Shown here piece after piece: positions 13,926 through 28,007 of a stretch of DNA of 64,000 nt. Source of the stretch: Eledone cirrhosa (lineage: Eukaryota); assembly GCA_964016885.1 (NCBI GenBank), contig OZ024741.1, positions 64,480,001 through 64,544,000 of the forward strand, given 5' to 3'. The translations under genes were made by a program, and so were the position numbers. The notes under the pieces are model-generated. The model was not told the DNA's origin. It saw nothing but the letters and a program-made list of their open reading frames with translations, and made no database searches. How positions within the stretch are numbered: position 1 is the stretch's first letter; the number at the start of each line of letters is the position of its first letter.

Positions 13926-14146
13926 AATTGCTTCTACTTTAGACACAAGGCCAGCAATTTGAAGAGGAGAGGAAAGTTGATTAAAACGACCCCAGTGCAT
14001 TACTGGTGCTTTATTTTTTCGACCTTGTAAGGATGAAAGGCAAATCTAACCTCGGCGGGATTTGAACTCAGAATGTAAAGGGTCGCAACTCTATGCTGCG
14101 AAGCATGTTGTCCGACGCTCTATCGATACTGCCAATCTACCGCCCT
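13926..14146 (-). mobile_element. tRNA-derived SINE with conserved core (main family in the window)
   Basis: B box gagttcaaatcc, then gccgaggtta-tttgcctttcatccttac-ggtcga-aaaataaag-accagtaatgcactggggtcg. More than 10 copies occur in the window. Confidence 0.8.
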
Positions 14147-14624
14147 TTGAATGTGTACATATAATGCGAGAATCTATTTAAAGGGTTCTTCATTAAAGGG
14201 TACATAGCTCTTGTTTTGTTTTGTCTTGTTTTTGTTGCTGTAGTTGTTATGTTTTTTTTGGGGGGGGGGTCAGTTCGCAAAGGAGACCTTACCTCAACAA
14301 ACTAAAGCTTTCGAAAGATACATGCCGTCGAGAAAGCAACAAAAACAACGAGAAAATGTCAAAGATACTTACGGGTTTTTCCCTCTCTATGTCGCTTAAG
14401 GTCACATAAACCATTTCCAACACTCGGATTCCACACTCCGACCAGTGTTTAAGCTGTGGATCTTGACCAATGTATTTGCATACCAGTTCAAGTGAAGAGG
14501 AAATAGTTGTGTATTTCTGCCAATGAAACAACAAAGATATATATTAAAGTATTCTTTATTTTTCTCACTAATTACAAAAGTGTTAGAAATGTGTGTGTGT
14601 GTGCGTGCGTGTGCGTGTGCGTGC

Positions 14625-14705
<81 letters not shown>

Positions 14706-14817
14706 TGTGTGTGTGTTTATGAGTATGTGCGTATAGCAATTACACCGAGGAAAAACAATGTTTAGCATATACATATATACATACATATATATATATATAT
14801 ACAAATACATATATATA

Positions 14818-15226
14818 TGGTGGCTGGCAACTCGTTTTCGAGTACGGCCACTACTTTATATCCATGTAGGAGAACCCTTACCGATGCGCTGAACGAGTGT
14901 GACTTTTTAGTCCAGCCTGCGACTTGAAAACTCTGGTACAAACACTACACTTGTGACAATTATTGACACATAGTGCTGGGCCCATGGTACCATGTAACGT
15001 GCAGAGAGATCTCCAGATATAAAGCTTTTATAGTGAGCAAAGGCACTGCACAAAGCCAGTCCCACTCTCTTAACCAAGATGATATTTACCAAAAAGAAGA
15101 ACAAGTCAACATCATTGGATACCATCAGGGTTGCAGGTGTTATATCAGAGTTTTCCTTCTCCTAGAATTCTGCCTTGACAAAGGCTAAGGGGTCATCTCT
15201 CCCGGTGATTTTGGATGGCCATTGAC
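14818..15226 (-). mobile_element. RTE-derived short non-autonomous element, 5'-truncated
   Basis: Near-identical to 28008-28505 and 28587-29195. Encodes a C2H2-like tail CSVCTRVFKS.AGLKSH typical of RTE ORF ends. Confidence 0.7.
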
Positions 15227-15232
15227 AGTGAA

Positions 15233-15372
15233 TTACTGGTACTTTATTTTATCGACCCCGTAAGGATGAAAGGCAAAGTTAACCTCGGCGGGATTTGAAC
15301 TCAGAATGTAAAGGGCCATAACTCTATGCTGCAAAGCCGGGTGCCTGACGCTCTACCGATACTGCCAATCCA
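15233..15372 (-). mobile_element. SINE, main family (head + core)
   Basis: Matches the 13926-14146 consensus. Confidence 0.75.
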
Positions 15373-16767
15373 TCTAATAATAATTCACCGCCATGACACA
15401 GTTAATTGAAGCGAATTCTTTTTACGTTGTTGATTTTCTTTTTCACACTGGATTTATGGAAGGTGACCCATATAGGACTTGAACTCCCCACAACATAAAA
15501 GTACGTAACTAAACACCACAAGAAATTTAATTGCTACCATTATCTACTATCTTCTATGCATGGATGAGCCCTCGTAACTCCAGGTGGAGTCGTAGGAGCA
15601 CCGGTGTGGTATATCGCGCGTCTTGGGTGTTTTAAACCTGGTGGAGTCCATCTCTTTTCAGGTTTGAACACAACCGATTTCTTCCTGAGAAAAAAGTTGG
15701 GAAGTGAAAAAAGATACAGAAGAAGAATCGACTCATTACTGGACTGGTATTTTTATATCAACCTCCAAAGGATGGAGGGCAAAGCTGGAGAGAGCCGAAA
15801 CGAATACTGCAAATCATTCCATCCGACTTTACAAGTACAAGTAAGTAAGTACTTTATAATAACACTGTTATTTCACTGACTCACTACCTTCTATAAAGCA
15901 GTAATAAAGACTCCTGCCATTCTCTCATTTGTCAATTGAGTAAATGGGCTGCAAACTGACATGGCCGTCAGAACATCAGATAGAATACCTTGCGGGATCA
16001 AATTTTCCTTTCATGCTTTCAAGGTCGATAAATGAAGTACCAATCAGATACTGATGGTCGATACATCTTTCTCTCCCTTTATTTGTCTCGCCTGGAAAGA
16101 GAGAGGCTCCTCTACATGTGCATGTCTAAGAGACGCAGCATATCACGACTGAGCCCCTTAAAAAATCAGTAAAGGCAAAACAAGGCAAGTCAAGACCAGA
16201 CAAAACAAGACGACGAATTAAATATATCCAAGTACATGGCTGATAGTATGTATATTTAGAGGCGTCGATATAAAGTGAAATCACATACATGAGTGTCTGT
16301 GAAACATATAGACATACACAAGGTTCGAACACAATGAAACCAAACTCCCAGTGTCACTTCCTCCGTCTCTCCCACTCTCCCTATTATAAGAAAATGGGGT
16401 CCCACGCGCTGGCCCCCTCGTGGCCCTAGCGAACAGAATGGAGAAAGCGTTTCCCCGGAGGATGGTGAAAGAGACGCACTGGAAGAGCCATTCAAGCTCG
16501 CGAGGCTCACACCTGCGGGTAGCCTACTCTGTGCCGATGGTAGTGAGCAGGGAGGTGGCCCTAGGGCCAAAGACACCAGAAGTCTCCACTGCCAAAGGCT
16601 CAACCACAAACTTGTCAGAGATCGACCGATATTTGGAGAGTTTACCTTCCTCGACCCGAAGTGATTTAATCATTGACCGCAGAATGATGGAAATTTGTTG
16701 ACTGAGTTGGTATTTAAACTCAAAACAGAATCCAATGTGTTTATTATTGCGTCCTACAAAGGCGGGG

Positions 16768-16945
16768 GATTGGCAGAACCATTAACGAGTCTGACAAAAT
16801 GTTTTGTTGCATTTGTTCCAGTTCAATACGTTCTGAGTTCAAATCCCGACGAGTCAACTTTACCTTTCAACTTTTCGGAATCAATGAAATACAGTACCAG
16901 TAAAATATCAGTTTAAGTTGCTGGCCTTATGTCAAAATTAAAAAC
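16768..16945 (+). mobile_element. SINE, main family, degraded
   Basis: ggattggcagaacc...ttctgagttcaaatcccgacgagtcaactttacctttc. Confidence 0.6.
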
Positions 16946-19679
16946 CAGTTCTGTACTCTGCTATTCCTAATAAGATGTCGTCTCTATTAGTATTAATGTG
17001 TCTCTCGAGAGAGAAAAAGAAAAGCTTTTTTAAAAAAAAACTGAAAGTAAATAAAATCAAAAAGAAAAAAAATCAAAAGTTTCTGTATCAAAGAAAAGGG
17101 AAGATTAATTTTCATTCAGTTCACAATGTTGTTATTGTGGTGTGCGTGTGCGTGTGTGTGTCTGTGTGTGTGTGTTAGGTCTCCTAAGAAAGATTGAAGA
17201 TAGACACGAGAAAAAGTAATTAATTCAGAATATAAAACTACATTATAAGTGAATTAACGAGGCGAAGAAGCGATAAGAAATTGATAGAGACGAAGGAGAA
17301 TTTAGATATTTATGAAATGGTGTCCGAGCATAACCAATGTTGTAGACCATATAAAAAATGTTGAATTTACCATGACAGCAGAGCGTCGGAATAAATTCTC
17401 TATAGTGTTTACTTTTGTGTGGCTTCCATATTCAGAGCTTGCTGTCTTTTTATAAACCTCGTTTTCAGCGTGAATGTGTGTATGTATGCTTCGCTGTTTT
17501 GAACATTTAATGTTTGTGCTCTTACAAGGAAAATGTCAATGTATGTGTCACGCTATTTTATGACAATGCAGGAATTGTATTATGTTATATTCTATTCATT
17601 AGTCAAAGACGGTATATCTACGATGTTAATATAACTGCATTATACTAAAGAAAGTTAAAATGTGAACATCTACACAGCTGAATTAGCGTTGAAAATATGA
17701 ACCGTTTCTTCCAGGCATATGAACACAATGACCTTAACTCTCCCAAATGTACAACTAAAGGTAACTCAAATATAATAGGTGAGTTTAGGAAATATTGTCC
17801 TTCTTACAATCGAAGATCGAAATCTAGCAAAAGATTGTCAACTTATTGTTTCACTTCTGAATTTTACAATGATCCAGAATTTTGGTCACTTCTACCAAAG
17901 AAAAACTTACAAAAATTCAGGGAATACCTAGAGACGTAAAGAAATCGTTGTAGGTCCGCCAAAAGCTTAATTCAGAACTTTGTTTCAATTAATACGTTTG
18001 AGGGTAAAGAAGAAAAAAAAATGGCTTTTCGTGATAAGAATCGAATGTCTGAGGAAGATGTTCACTTAGTAATAGATACCAATATGTGATGGAGCAGTTG
18101 CACACCAGCCATCACACACAACTTCTTTAGCAGCAGAAAATATATGGTTAATATTCATTCGAAACAGAGGAGTATTTTATTCAAAAACATAATCAAATGC
18201 CAGCAGCCGATAAACCTCTTAAGCCATCTTCTTACCACATAGAAATCTAATATGTTGATCTTGACCTACTACTAAAAGATTCCAAATACTCTCAAATTAC
18301 ATCCGATTTTCTGAAAAAGAAATACACCTTGGACAATGTAATCCTAGATACATAAAATAGCTAAACGTATTAGTCTGTTCAATCAGAGCTGATCCAAACT
18401 GAAACAACAACCAACTGACCATCTAATCTGATAACCCAATACCTTGAACAGTCATCTAACAATTCTGTACAGCAGTGACTACATTGTCAAGTGTGTCACT
18501 TTTCTTAAGCGCTAGGGTAGGTATAGAGAGAAGTTTGGCTGATATTTCGAGTAGGTCGAACAACCACATAGAGGCTACTTCGTTGGCAGAGTTACGGGGA
18601 AATTGTGTACATATAGTGGAGATAAGAAATAGGAAATAAAAGTTAGCGGATTGCAGTTAATCACTGCATCGATCCTTGTAAACCAGTTTTAAGATATTGG
18701 CCTTGTGTGGGACGGAGCTTGTTGGGGAAGAAGTACCATTCATGCACTGAGTGCGAATAGGATAGTGGATTATATATCAACTGATAGGTATAGTGAATTA
18801 TATATTAACTGTTAGGGTAGTTTTGTATGTGGTGTTTACAGGAACAGACCTCTTTGGTGGCGGACGTCCGCTTGGAAATATGTTCCCACCAGTACCCTGA
18901 TAGTCAGATGCACTATGTAAATGTGCTGCAATAGGAAGCAAGCAGATCTATCTAAAATCTGAGCTCTTCAAACTATGGTGAAAAGGAATGTCCCTTAAAT
19001 TCTAATCAGTAATTTAGGTTCCTCATGTATTTATGTATATCAGCTAATGAATATATATTGACCCAATTTATCAGACCATATATACTGATTACATCACTAA
19101 AAGAGGAAATCTTAATCTAGTCAATAGACACGCTAGATAGCAACCAAATTTCTTCGCATTCTACGCTTTTGAAAACGAAATGTAATGCGCATTACAAAAA
19201 ATATACAAACGAAAACGAGATGGTCATGCATAGAACGTCTTTGATCGTAAGTCTGCTCGGTTATCGCTGAATTGGATTTAAATAACAACAGGTCAAAATT
19301 AATAAATAATTCAACTAATTTGTGATTTTGTTTTGTTTGGGTTTTGGGTTTTTTCACGATGTCCTAACCGGCTGTAAAAACTGACCATTTTCCTAACTAG
19401 ACAGAAATTTCAGTTTCCACTATTTTAATATGAAACTTATAAATCACTGGTGCCTTATTGTTTCAATGATATGTATTACAGAGTTTTAGCCAAAATTATA
19501 GCTAACAGATGTTGACGTCATTTCTTCATATATTATATCATTGTAGACAGGAACAAAATAACTTCGACTACTTTCAATCCTGTGTTGGGATGTCACAAAC
19601 GACTAAGTACTCTTTTTAACTGTCCACTGAGATACTGTAGACCTGTTATTAATAAATCTAAAGTATGTCTCCAGCCTGG

Positions 19680-19925
19680 AGTCTCATCAGGCCGATGCTT
19701 ATCTCGGTTTCTGTGGCATGAAGCAATTAAGAGTATATGACTCCCCACTAGAGAGGACACCAGTCAATCATAGGGTTAAACCCCGTAGCTATTGCTGGTA
19801 CTCATTTTCATCGGAGTATAGTGGGGCAACGTGAAATGAAGTGTTTTGCTCAAGAACAGAACATACCACCCAGTCAAGGAATCGAACCCACGTCATTATG
19901 ATCGCAAGTCCAACAGACCTCCACG
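19680..19925 (-). mobile_element. tRNA-derived SINE (third family)
   Basis: Reverse complement shows gggttcgattcc B box, ttcttgagcaaaacactt and a LINE-like tail (tgccacagaaaccgagataagc). Confidence 0.55.
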
Positions 19926-21164
19926 TTATTACTACGGGCTTAAGTAAAAATTGATATATAGAGGTGCATATTATAAAGAATTCTTGGCAGCCAATTCGAT
20001 CAACAAACTGCTGGCACTAATAGTACGAAGTTAATATCTAAAACTCAGGGTTTATGCTTTCAGTGAAGTTTTTATTAATATCCTAACCACGATTTGAATC
20101 ATGTTTAGATTGAGAGTTAAATAAATCTGGGAATGAAATTAGAGATGAGCTGTTCATATAAATCCCTCAATGTAGGCACACAACTTTGATTTATTAATAA
20201 CATAATGTCAGCTTAAATTTGTCTGTCAAAACAACAACGGAGTGAATCGATTCAACGTGCATGTAGCAGATGGTTAAAGTAAATTATACAAAAACTAATC
20301 ACATTTTTAAAAGATAAACATGAGTTTTACATCATTCTGTATATTTAGATAGTGCATTACATTTACAGTAATTTGGCGTAATCGAAATTTAATGCAATAG
20401 GCAGAGAGTCGCAGCTGGACAAGTCGTAAGGAAGCTAGTCTATTAAATGATTGTCAGTATGCATCCCATCATCAACACAAAATTCAGTGCTTATTTTAAC
20501 GTGCAGTTGACCCCTGCTTGCACAGTTCTAAATCTAATTTGATGTAGTTCTAAATCTTATTTTGTGCAGTTCTAAATCAAATTGTATGAAGAAAGTTTAC
20601 ATTTCATGTCAAATGCTATATGCGCTTACATAGTAAATAATGATCAAAAGACGTTTAAAATAGCCATTACAAATGTTTCTCATACTCAGAAAATATCAAG
20701 CACTAGATCGTGGCACCTGTTGACTGCCGCGTATGTTTTATACAGCTACAGTTGCTGTGCCGGGTTTTGTTTTGGTTTTTTTCAGTAAAATGACTATTTT
20801 TTTAAACAAATATTTATTAACAACACATATCTGAATGATTGACAAACGTCACATCAATAAACTAGTAACCCCATCTAACTTTGAACTTATGAACTTTTGG
20901 AAACGATTTCAGAACTTTGAAGTTATGAACTTGTTACGACGAGTTATCTCGTCCATGGCAGAGGAATGCAGACATGTTAGGTTAAAAGATTTGTGCAGTT
21001 CTAAAATTTCCTAAATATATACCCTGACAACGTTTAATGGCATGTCACAAACGTATACATATTCCAATATGCAGACATTTGCAGACACCACACTCTGTAG
21101 AATTTTGCAGGCTCATTGCAAGTTGGTATTGAACACTTTAATATTTTCGTACGTAAATTACGCC

Positions 21165-21320
21165 CCTTTATGATCTGAGTTCAAATCCTGCCGAGGTTAA
21201 CTTTGCCTTTCATCCTTACGGGGTTGATAAAATAAAGTACCAGTAATGCACTGGGGTTGCTTTAATCGACTTTCCACTCCCTCAAAATTGTTGGCCTTGT
21301 ACCTAAATCAGAAACTAATA
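21165..21320 (+). mobile_element. SINE, main family
   Basis: ctgagttcaaatcctgccgaggttaactttgcctttcatccttacggggttgataaaataaagtaccagtaatgcactgggg. Confidence 0.75.
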
Positions 21321-21370
21321 CTTTCGTACGTAAAACCATTTAAAATAAAATCCAGTCACACGCAAACACG

Positions 21371-21444
<74 letters not shown>

Positions 21445-21924
21445 ATACACACATACACACACTGACACAAACAAACACATATACACATATAACTTGGAAA
21501 GTGTTTTCACATAAAACTTTTGGGCCCTAAGTAGCATATAAAGTGTTCCCAACTTCAAGAGTAACGTGTGTGCGCATGTTTGTGTGTAGTATGCTTATTT
21601 GCACTCACAGATATGTATGACTAGAGGTAGAGAGGGGGTATGTGTGTGCGTGCGTGTGTATGAAGTGCGTGTGTGCGCGTGTGTGTTTTACAGATAGAAA
21701 GATATAGATATCTTTAATTCAGTACAATGGATAGTCGAACAATTGGGACATAAGTAGGTAGGTGAGCAGAATGAAAGAGGGGCAGATTTTAATTATTCAT
21801 ATATACATACATACAGATGTATATATATATATATATCGTTAACTATTTTTCCATTTTGACGCTATAGTCACTTATATATTATGGCTTCTGTTGGCTTCTT
21901 GCTACAATAATTTCTATACTTTTC

Positions 21925-21957
<33 letters not shown>

Positions 21958-21961
<4 letters not shown>

Positions 21962-22274
21962 GGAAAATTTGAACAGGAACAAAACAGAGAGGCAGTACAA
22001 CGAATGTTTATTAATTTCACGCTCTTGAGAGTGGGGTGGAAGAGAGTTGAAAGGGTGAGTAGGGAGTGGTGGAGAGACATATAGCGAAAAGGGGGTGGGA
22101 GGAAACGGTGCGAATGAAATTAAAAATAAAAGCATGATCAAAATAAAATTAAAATGGGGTAAAACAGGTGGTGGAAGGGTGTGGGGCGTGTAGGGGTGGT
22201 GGCGGGTGGAGTGAGAAGAGGGAGACGGGGTGTCCGAGCGGGGAGGGCTGAAGGTGGTGTGTGTGTGTAGGTGT

Positions 22275-22311
<37 letters not shown>

Positions 22312-23980
22312 AAAGCAAGGGTTGGGGGAAGAACGGGGTTGCATGTTCAGGAAGAGGTGTGTGTGGGGTGGGGTGTAGGTCGGAGTGTGTGTACGTGTGT
22401 GGATAGAGGGGTGGGGGGGAGAGGAATCCGGAGGCTGAATGTGTAAATATGTGGTGGAACGCACGTGTGTGTGGGGTTTAAGCGTGTTGTGGGTGTAGGT
22501 GGCGTGTGGGAAAAAAAAATGTTTTTGGGTGTGTGTGAGTGAGTCAAAAAGGTGATTCCGTAAGAAGATGTTGTGGAATGGTTGGTAAAATCCTAGGATG
22601 GTAGTTGATTCCGCGGTCAAGGTCCACATACGAGTAATCCGTGAAGAGATGGTCGGAAGAGGGGAGATGTGGGGTGCGCGCGCAACAGGAAGTGGTCAAG
22701 GCAGTAGGAGTGCTGTGTGTCTGTGTGTGCTGGGAGGTGGTCAGAGGGCATAGCAGCAGTAGGGTGGAATAATAAAGGGGCGAAGATGGGTAGGTGTGAA
22801 AGTTGGAGTGAGGAGGGGGTGTGTGTGTATTAGTAGAGGTGTTAGTGGGATGAGTGAGTGTTTGAGAAAGGGTGTGGGTGGAGCGGGGAGAGAAGGGTGT
22901 GGGGGTCGATGGAGGGAGTGTGGTGTACTGGTGTGTGTGTAGTTTGATGAAGGGGGTGTTAGTGGGTGTTAGTATACGGGAGGTGGAGAAAGGGTTGAAT
23001 GCGGGTGTGAGTGGGGGTTAGTGGTGGTAGGGTGTGTAGAGTTGGTGGTGTAAGAGGGTGTGTGTGTACGTGTGCGTGGGGTTGGGGGTGTTAGTGATGT
23101 TAGTTGCGTGTAGTGTGGGTGGTGTAAGTGGGGGTGTGTGTTCGTGTGCTTGGTGTCAGGGGGTGTTAGGGATGTTAGTTGCGGGGTGGTGGGGTGGATG
23201 TGTGGGGGTGAGGGTTAGTGGTGGTAGTAGGGTGTGTGTTTAGTGTGAGCGCGTGTATATATGTGCCGGTGGGTGTGTGCGTGTGATAAGGAGGGGGGAG
23301 GAGAAGAAGGGAGGGATGTTAGTATGTTAGTTGGGGAAGGGTGGTCGGATGAGGGGTGGAGTGGAGGTGTTAGTATTGTTTGGTGAAAAGGAGGGGTGTG
23401 TTAGTGGTGTGAGTGGGGGATATGTGTGGGGGGAGGGGGCGGTCGAAGGCTAAAGGAATAAGGGTGGGGAGTTCAGGCGGGGGGGAGTGTGGGTCTGTAA
23501 GATGAAGATGGTTCTTTGTTCAACTCTGAGGAGATTGGCGGGTGTTTCGTGGCATTGGAGTAGGCCACAGACTGTGAGATGGCGTGCGGAATGTCCAGGG
23601 GTACCAAAGTGGCGGGCGATGGGGGAACTACCACCGAGACGAATATCCAGGAGGTGCTCAGTGAATCTGTCCGCCAGGCGACGTCCCGTCTGTCCGACGT
23701 AAGTCGCGCTGCACTCCGTGCAGCGAAGTCCGTAGATTAGGTTGGAGGAGGTGCAGCGGAAGGCATGCCGGACAGAGAGAGAGTGGCCGTTGGGACCCTG
23801 GAAGGTGGTGAAGTTGGTGATGTGGGGACAGGTGTTGCAGCGGGACTTAGAACAGGGAAAGGAACCAGGGGGGGAGAGAGCGTGGGTTGGGGGGTAGGGA
23901 GCTGTGGACGAGGAGGGTGCGGAGATTGCGTGCGCGTTTGAAGGAGGGAAGTGGTGGGGTTGGGAAGATGTGGGAGGTGG
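21958..23980 (-). mobile_element. Penelope-like element, 3' part (GIY-YIG endonuclease + long CA-rich 3' UTR), bounded by (TA)n
   Basis: [50 protein letters not shown] and EQ..I..LQT..P..LN (23450-23900). Confidence 0.85.
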
Positions 23981-24058
<78 letters not shown>

Positions 24059-24077
24059 GTGTATATATATATATATA

Positions 24078-24111
<34 letters not shown>

Positions 24112-24206
24112 GATATATATAGATATATATATATATAGAGAGAGATATATATATATAGATAGATATATATATATATAGAGATATATATAGATATATATAT
24201 ATATAC

Positions 24207-24267
<61 letters not shown>

Positions 24268-25510
24268 GATATATATATAGATATATATATATATATATAT
24301 AGATATATATAGATATATATATATAGAGATATATATAGATATATATATATAGATATATATATAGAGAGATATATATATATTGATATAGATATAGATATAT
24401 AGATATATATATAGAGAGAGAGAGATATAGATATATATATAGATATATATAAAAGGAACGATCGGCTTTCGTCAAATCGGACCGAGGGAACAATGTTTCC
24501 GTTGGTCTTTCCAATTGCTAATACTATCTATCGGTCGCAACTCCAGGTAGAAGAAGCAACGTCAAATAAAGTGTCTTGCTCAAGGACATAACGCATCGCC
24601 TGGTCCAGGAATCGAACTCACAACCTTACGATTGCGAATCCAATTCTCTAACCACTCAGCCACACGCCTTCTATATATATATAGATATATATATGTATAG
24701 ATATATATATAGATATATATATAGAGATATATATATATATAGATATAGATATATATATATATAGATATATAGATATATATATATAGATAGATATATAGAT
24801 ATAGATATATATATATAGATATATATATATATAGATAGATAGATATAGATATATAGATATATATATAGATATATATAGATATAGATATATATATAGATAT
24901 AGATATAGATATATATATATATAGATATATATAGATATAGATATATATATATATAGATAGATATATATATATAGATATATATATAGATATAGATATATAG
25001 ATATAGATATAGATATATATATATATAGATAAATAGATATATATATATATATATAGATATATATATAGATAGATATAGATATATATATATATATAGATAT
25101 AGATATATATAGATATATATATATAGATATATATATATATAGATATATATATATATTTATTAAAATAACAGATTAAAGTTTAAGCAAAGAATCGATATAT
25201 ATAGATATATATATAGAGATATATATATATAGATATATATATAGAGATATATATATAGATATATATATATATAGATATATATATATAGATATATATAGAG
25301 AGATATATATATATAGATATATATAGAGAGATATATATATATAGATATATATATATATATAGATATATATATATATAGATATATATATATAGATATAGAG
25401 AGAGAGATATATATATATAGATATATATATATAGAGATATAGATATATAGATATATATATAGAGAGAGAGATATATATAGAGAGATATATATATAGATAT
25501 AGAGAGATAT

Positions 25511-25567
<57 letters not shown>

Positions 25568-25580
25568 GAGAGAGAGAGAT
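23981..25580. repeat. Large compound (TA)n/(TAGA)n/(GA)n microsatellite field interrupted by a SINE
   Basis: Directly visible in the sequence. Confidence 0.95.
24455..24670 (-). mobile_element. tRNA-derived SINE (second family)
   Basis: Reverse complement: aggcgtgtggctgagtggttag (A box)...gagttcgattcc (B box)...tgtccttgagcaagacacttta. Confidence 0.7.
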
Positions 25581-25583
25581 TGA

Positions 25584-26035
25584 AACTTTACAATTGTTTC
25601 GATCGGCTCAGAGTAATGACTCAATCATAATGACGAGCCCGACTCTCCGACATCTCCTCAGATATGTGAGTTTATATATACAAAGACACATCTAAACTGT
25701 TAACAGAAGTCACGGGAACCTTTTATATACACTTATTAATGGGTTTTTAGGGGTGAGGGAAGGATTAGGTAAATGAATAACTGTTGATTTACATTTAAAG
25801 ACCGCAGAAAGGGTAAACATTTTAAAAAATAACGGAGAAAAGATAAATAATAATAATTATAATAATGCCTACTCCCTCCCCCACCCTCTAAAACCCATTA
25901 ATAAGTGTATATAAAAGGATCCCGGGACCTCTGTCAACAGTTTAGATGTCTTTGTACATATACTCGCATATCTGTGGAGATGGCGAAGAAAAGTCGGGCT
26001 CCGGAGCTGATCGATATCGAAACAATTGTAATATA
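25584..26035. repeat. Inverted pair of Penelope-like terminal repeats, each with a hammerhead-type motif
   Basis: Imperfect arms at about 25588-25765 and 25868-26031. Minus-strand arm: CTGAGGA..GAAA-caattg-TA. Plus-strand arm: CTGTGGA..GAAA-caattg-TA. Confidence 0.65.
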
Positions 26036-26068
26036 CCAATAAAGCTTCTACATCTGCTGCAACACTGA

Positions 26069-26310
26069 CTTCGATTCTACTTGCTCTCCTTCTCTATCTC
26101 TCTCTCTTTCTCTCTGTGTATATATATATATATATGTATGAATGTATGAATAAATAAAATTTCCCCTCTTTCATTCTACTCGCGTACCTCCTTATGTCCC
26201 AAGCAATTGTTCGACTATTCATTGATATACGTAGCCCATTACTCTTCAAGTCGGAACACAGAGGCTTCGATTCTACTTGCTCTCCTTCTCTATCTCTCTC
26301 TCTCTCTCTT

Positions 26311-26341
<31 letters not shown>

Positions 26342-26472
26342 GTATGAATGTATGAATAAATAAAATTTCCCCTCTTTCATTCTACTCGCGTACCTCCTTA
26401 TGTCCCAAGCAATTGTTCGACTATTCATTGATATACGTAGCCCATTACTCTTCAAGTCGGAACACAGAGGCT
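26069..26472. repeat. Tandem duplication of an approximately 200-bp unit
   Basis: ttcgattctacttgctctcc...ggaacacagaggc occurs twice, differing only in microsatellite lengths. Confidence 0.9.
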
Positions 26473-27279
26473 TTATTACAGACTGAGAGAGATAGTAAGG
26501 GAGGAAATGATATCAATACTGGAGTGGTATTTTATTTATCGACCTCGAAAAGATAACTGGCAAAGTTGACCTCGGCTGAACAAATACAAAGGCATTTTTT
26601 TTTTCAATCCGACGCGTGTATATATATATATTTCATATTTACACATATTTTTTTCCCCGCTGTTACACGTCTATTTCGTTCTTACTGCTTCCTCTTTCTC
26701 TGTAGCTTTACCCTCTCTAGCAGTCACTCTCTCTGTTAGCCTCTTCCTCACCCTTCACTCACTCACTCTCTGTTACTACCTCTCCTCCTCCTCCTTCTTC
26801 CCGTTTGACCTGTGCGTAATTCTTTTCTTTCGCACGCTTGGCCAGGCCGGTCGGAATTTTTTCTCTCTCTCGTCTACGATTTCACAGAACTTATGTTTAC
26901 CGAATTCACAGACTAGACCCCTTCTTCCTCCCGTTAGACCTGTGCGAAATTCCTTCCTTGCTCACATTTCAACCAGGTTTGATGGTCTTTATTCTCTCTC
27001 GTTCACGATTTCACCGAACTTATATTCATAGAAATTTTTGGACTTGACTTCTTCTTCCTCACTTTTCGTTGCTTCACCATCTTTGTTTGTTTACACTCTC
27101 GCTGTTCCCTTTATTTACATGTCCCAACGACTTTCTTTAGCCGTTGCTCGCACCAACCGGAGGTATATGGTCTTTAAAGCGATGAAATACCAATGATGGT
27201 TGGAAGATCACTGATGAAGGACTAACTTTATTCATATGTAACCCATTAGCAACGCTGCAGCACGTTTATTTTCATATAT

Positions 27280-27750
27280 AGTGAAAACTGGAACGGGAAC
27301 AAAAACAGAGAGGCAGTACAAAGGTTTATTAGTTTCACGCTCTTGAGAGTGGGGGGGGACGTTTCGGGCATAAGCCCTTCTTCAGGAGAAAAGTGGGTGG
27401 GAAGAGAGTTCCGAGGGTGTGTGGGGGAGTGGGGGAGAGACATTTAGAAAGGGGGGGTGGAAAAATAAACATAAACAAGTGGTGGAAGGGTGTGGCGCGT
27501 GTAGGGGTGGTGGCGGGTGGAGTAGGGAGAGGGAGGCAGGGGGTCTGAGCGGGGAGGGCTGAAGGTGGTGTTTGCGTATGTGTGTAGGTGTACGTGTGTG
27601 TGTGTGTGTGTGTGTGTATGTGAATGTGAGAGTTGGGGGAAGAACGAGGTTCCATGTTCAGGAAAAGGTGTGTGTGGGTGGGGTGTAGGTCGGTGTGTGC
27701 GTGCGTGTGGATGAGGAGGGGTCATAGGGGTGGGGGAGGGTGTGTGAGGA
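27280..27750 (-). mobile_element. Penelope-like 3' end/pseudo-LTR, paralog of 21958-22430, with hammerhead core
   Basis: High similarity to 21958-22430. Contains CTGAAGA-agggc-ttat-gccc-GAAAC at 27358-27385. Confidence 0.7.
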
Positions 27751-28007
27751 TTATATATATATATAACGATGGGAGTGTGGTAAGAAACCAGATGGACCAT
27801 AACGCACCAGAGTACTCAATACTTAGGGTAGTAGAGTGGGTAATGAGAAAATGTTCAAGACCCCGATGGCAGAGCTCAAGCCGTTTCGACGGCTATTTCT
27901 GGACTCCATATATATATATATATATACACACACACATACATACATACATACATACATACATACATACATACATACATACATACATACATACATACATACA
28001 TACATAC

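Noticed and set aside
13926-14146. SINE heads as tRNA genes
   Set aside because: A/B boxes are present, but no full cloverleaf was evident and each head is attached to a repeated SINE body.
16170-16700. Possible LTR + PBS + gag start
   Set aside because: No second LTR or diagnostic motif, so it is too weak to call.
23981-24514. N-terminal half of the 354-aa ORF (YIYI repeats) and many similar YI/CV/HT/RE ORFs
   Set aside because: These are translations of stop-free microsatellites. Only the GIY-YIG part is real.
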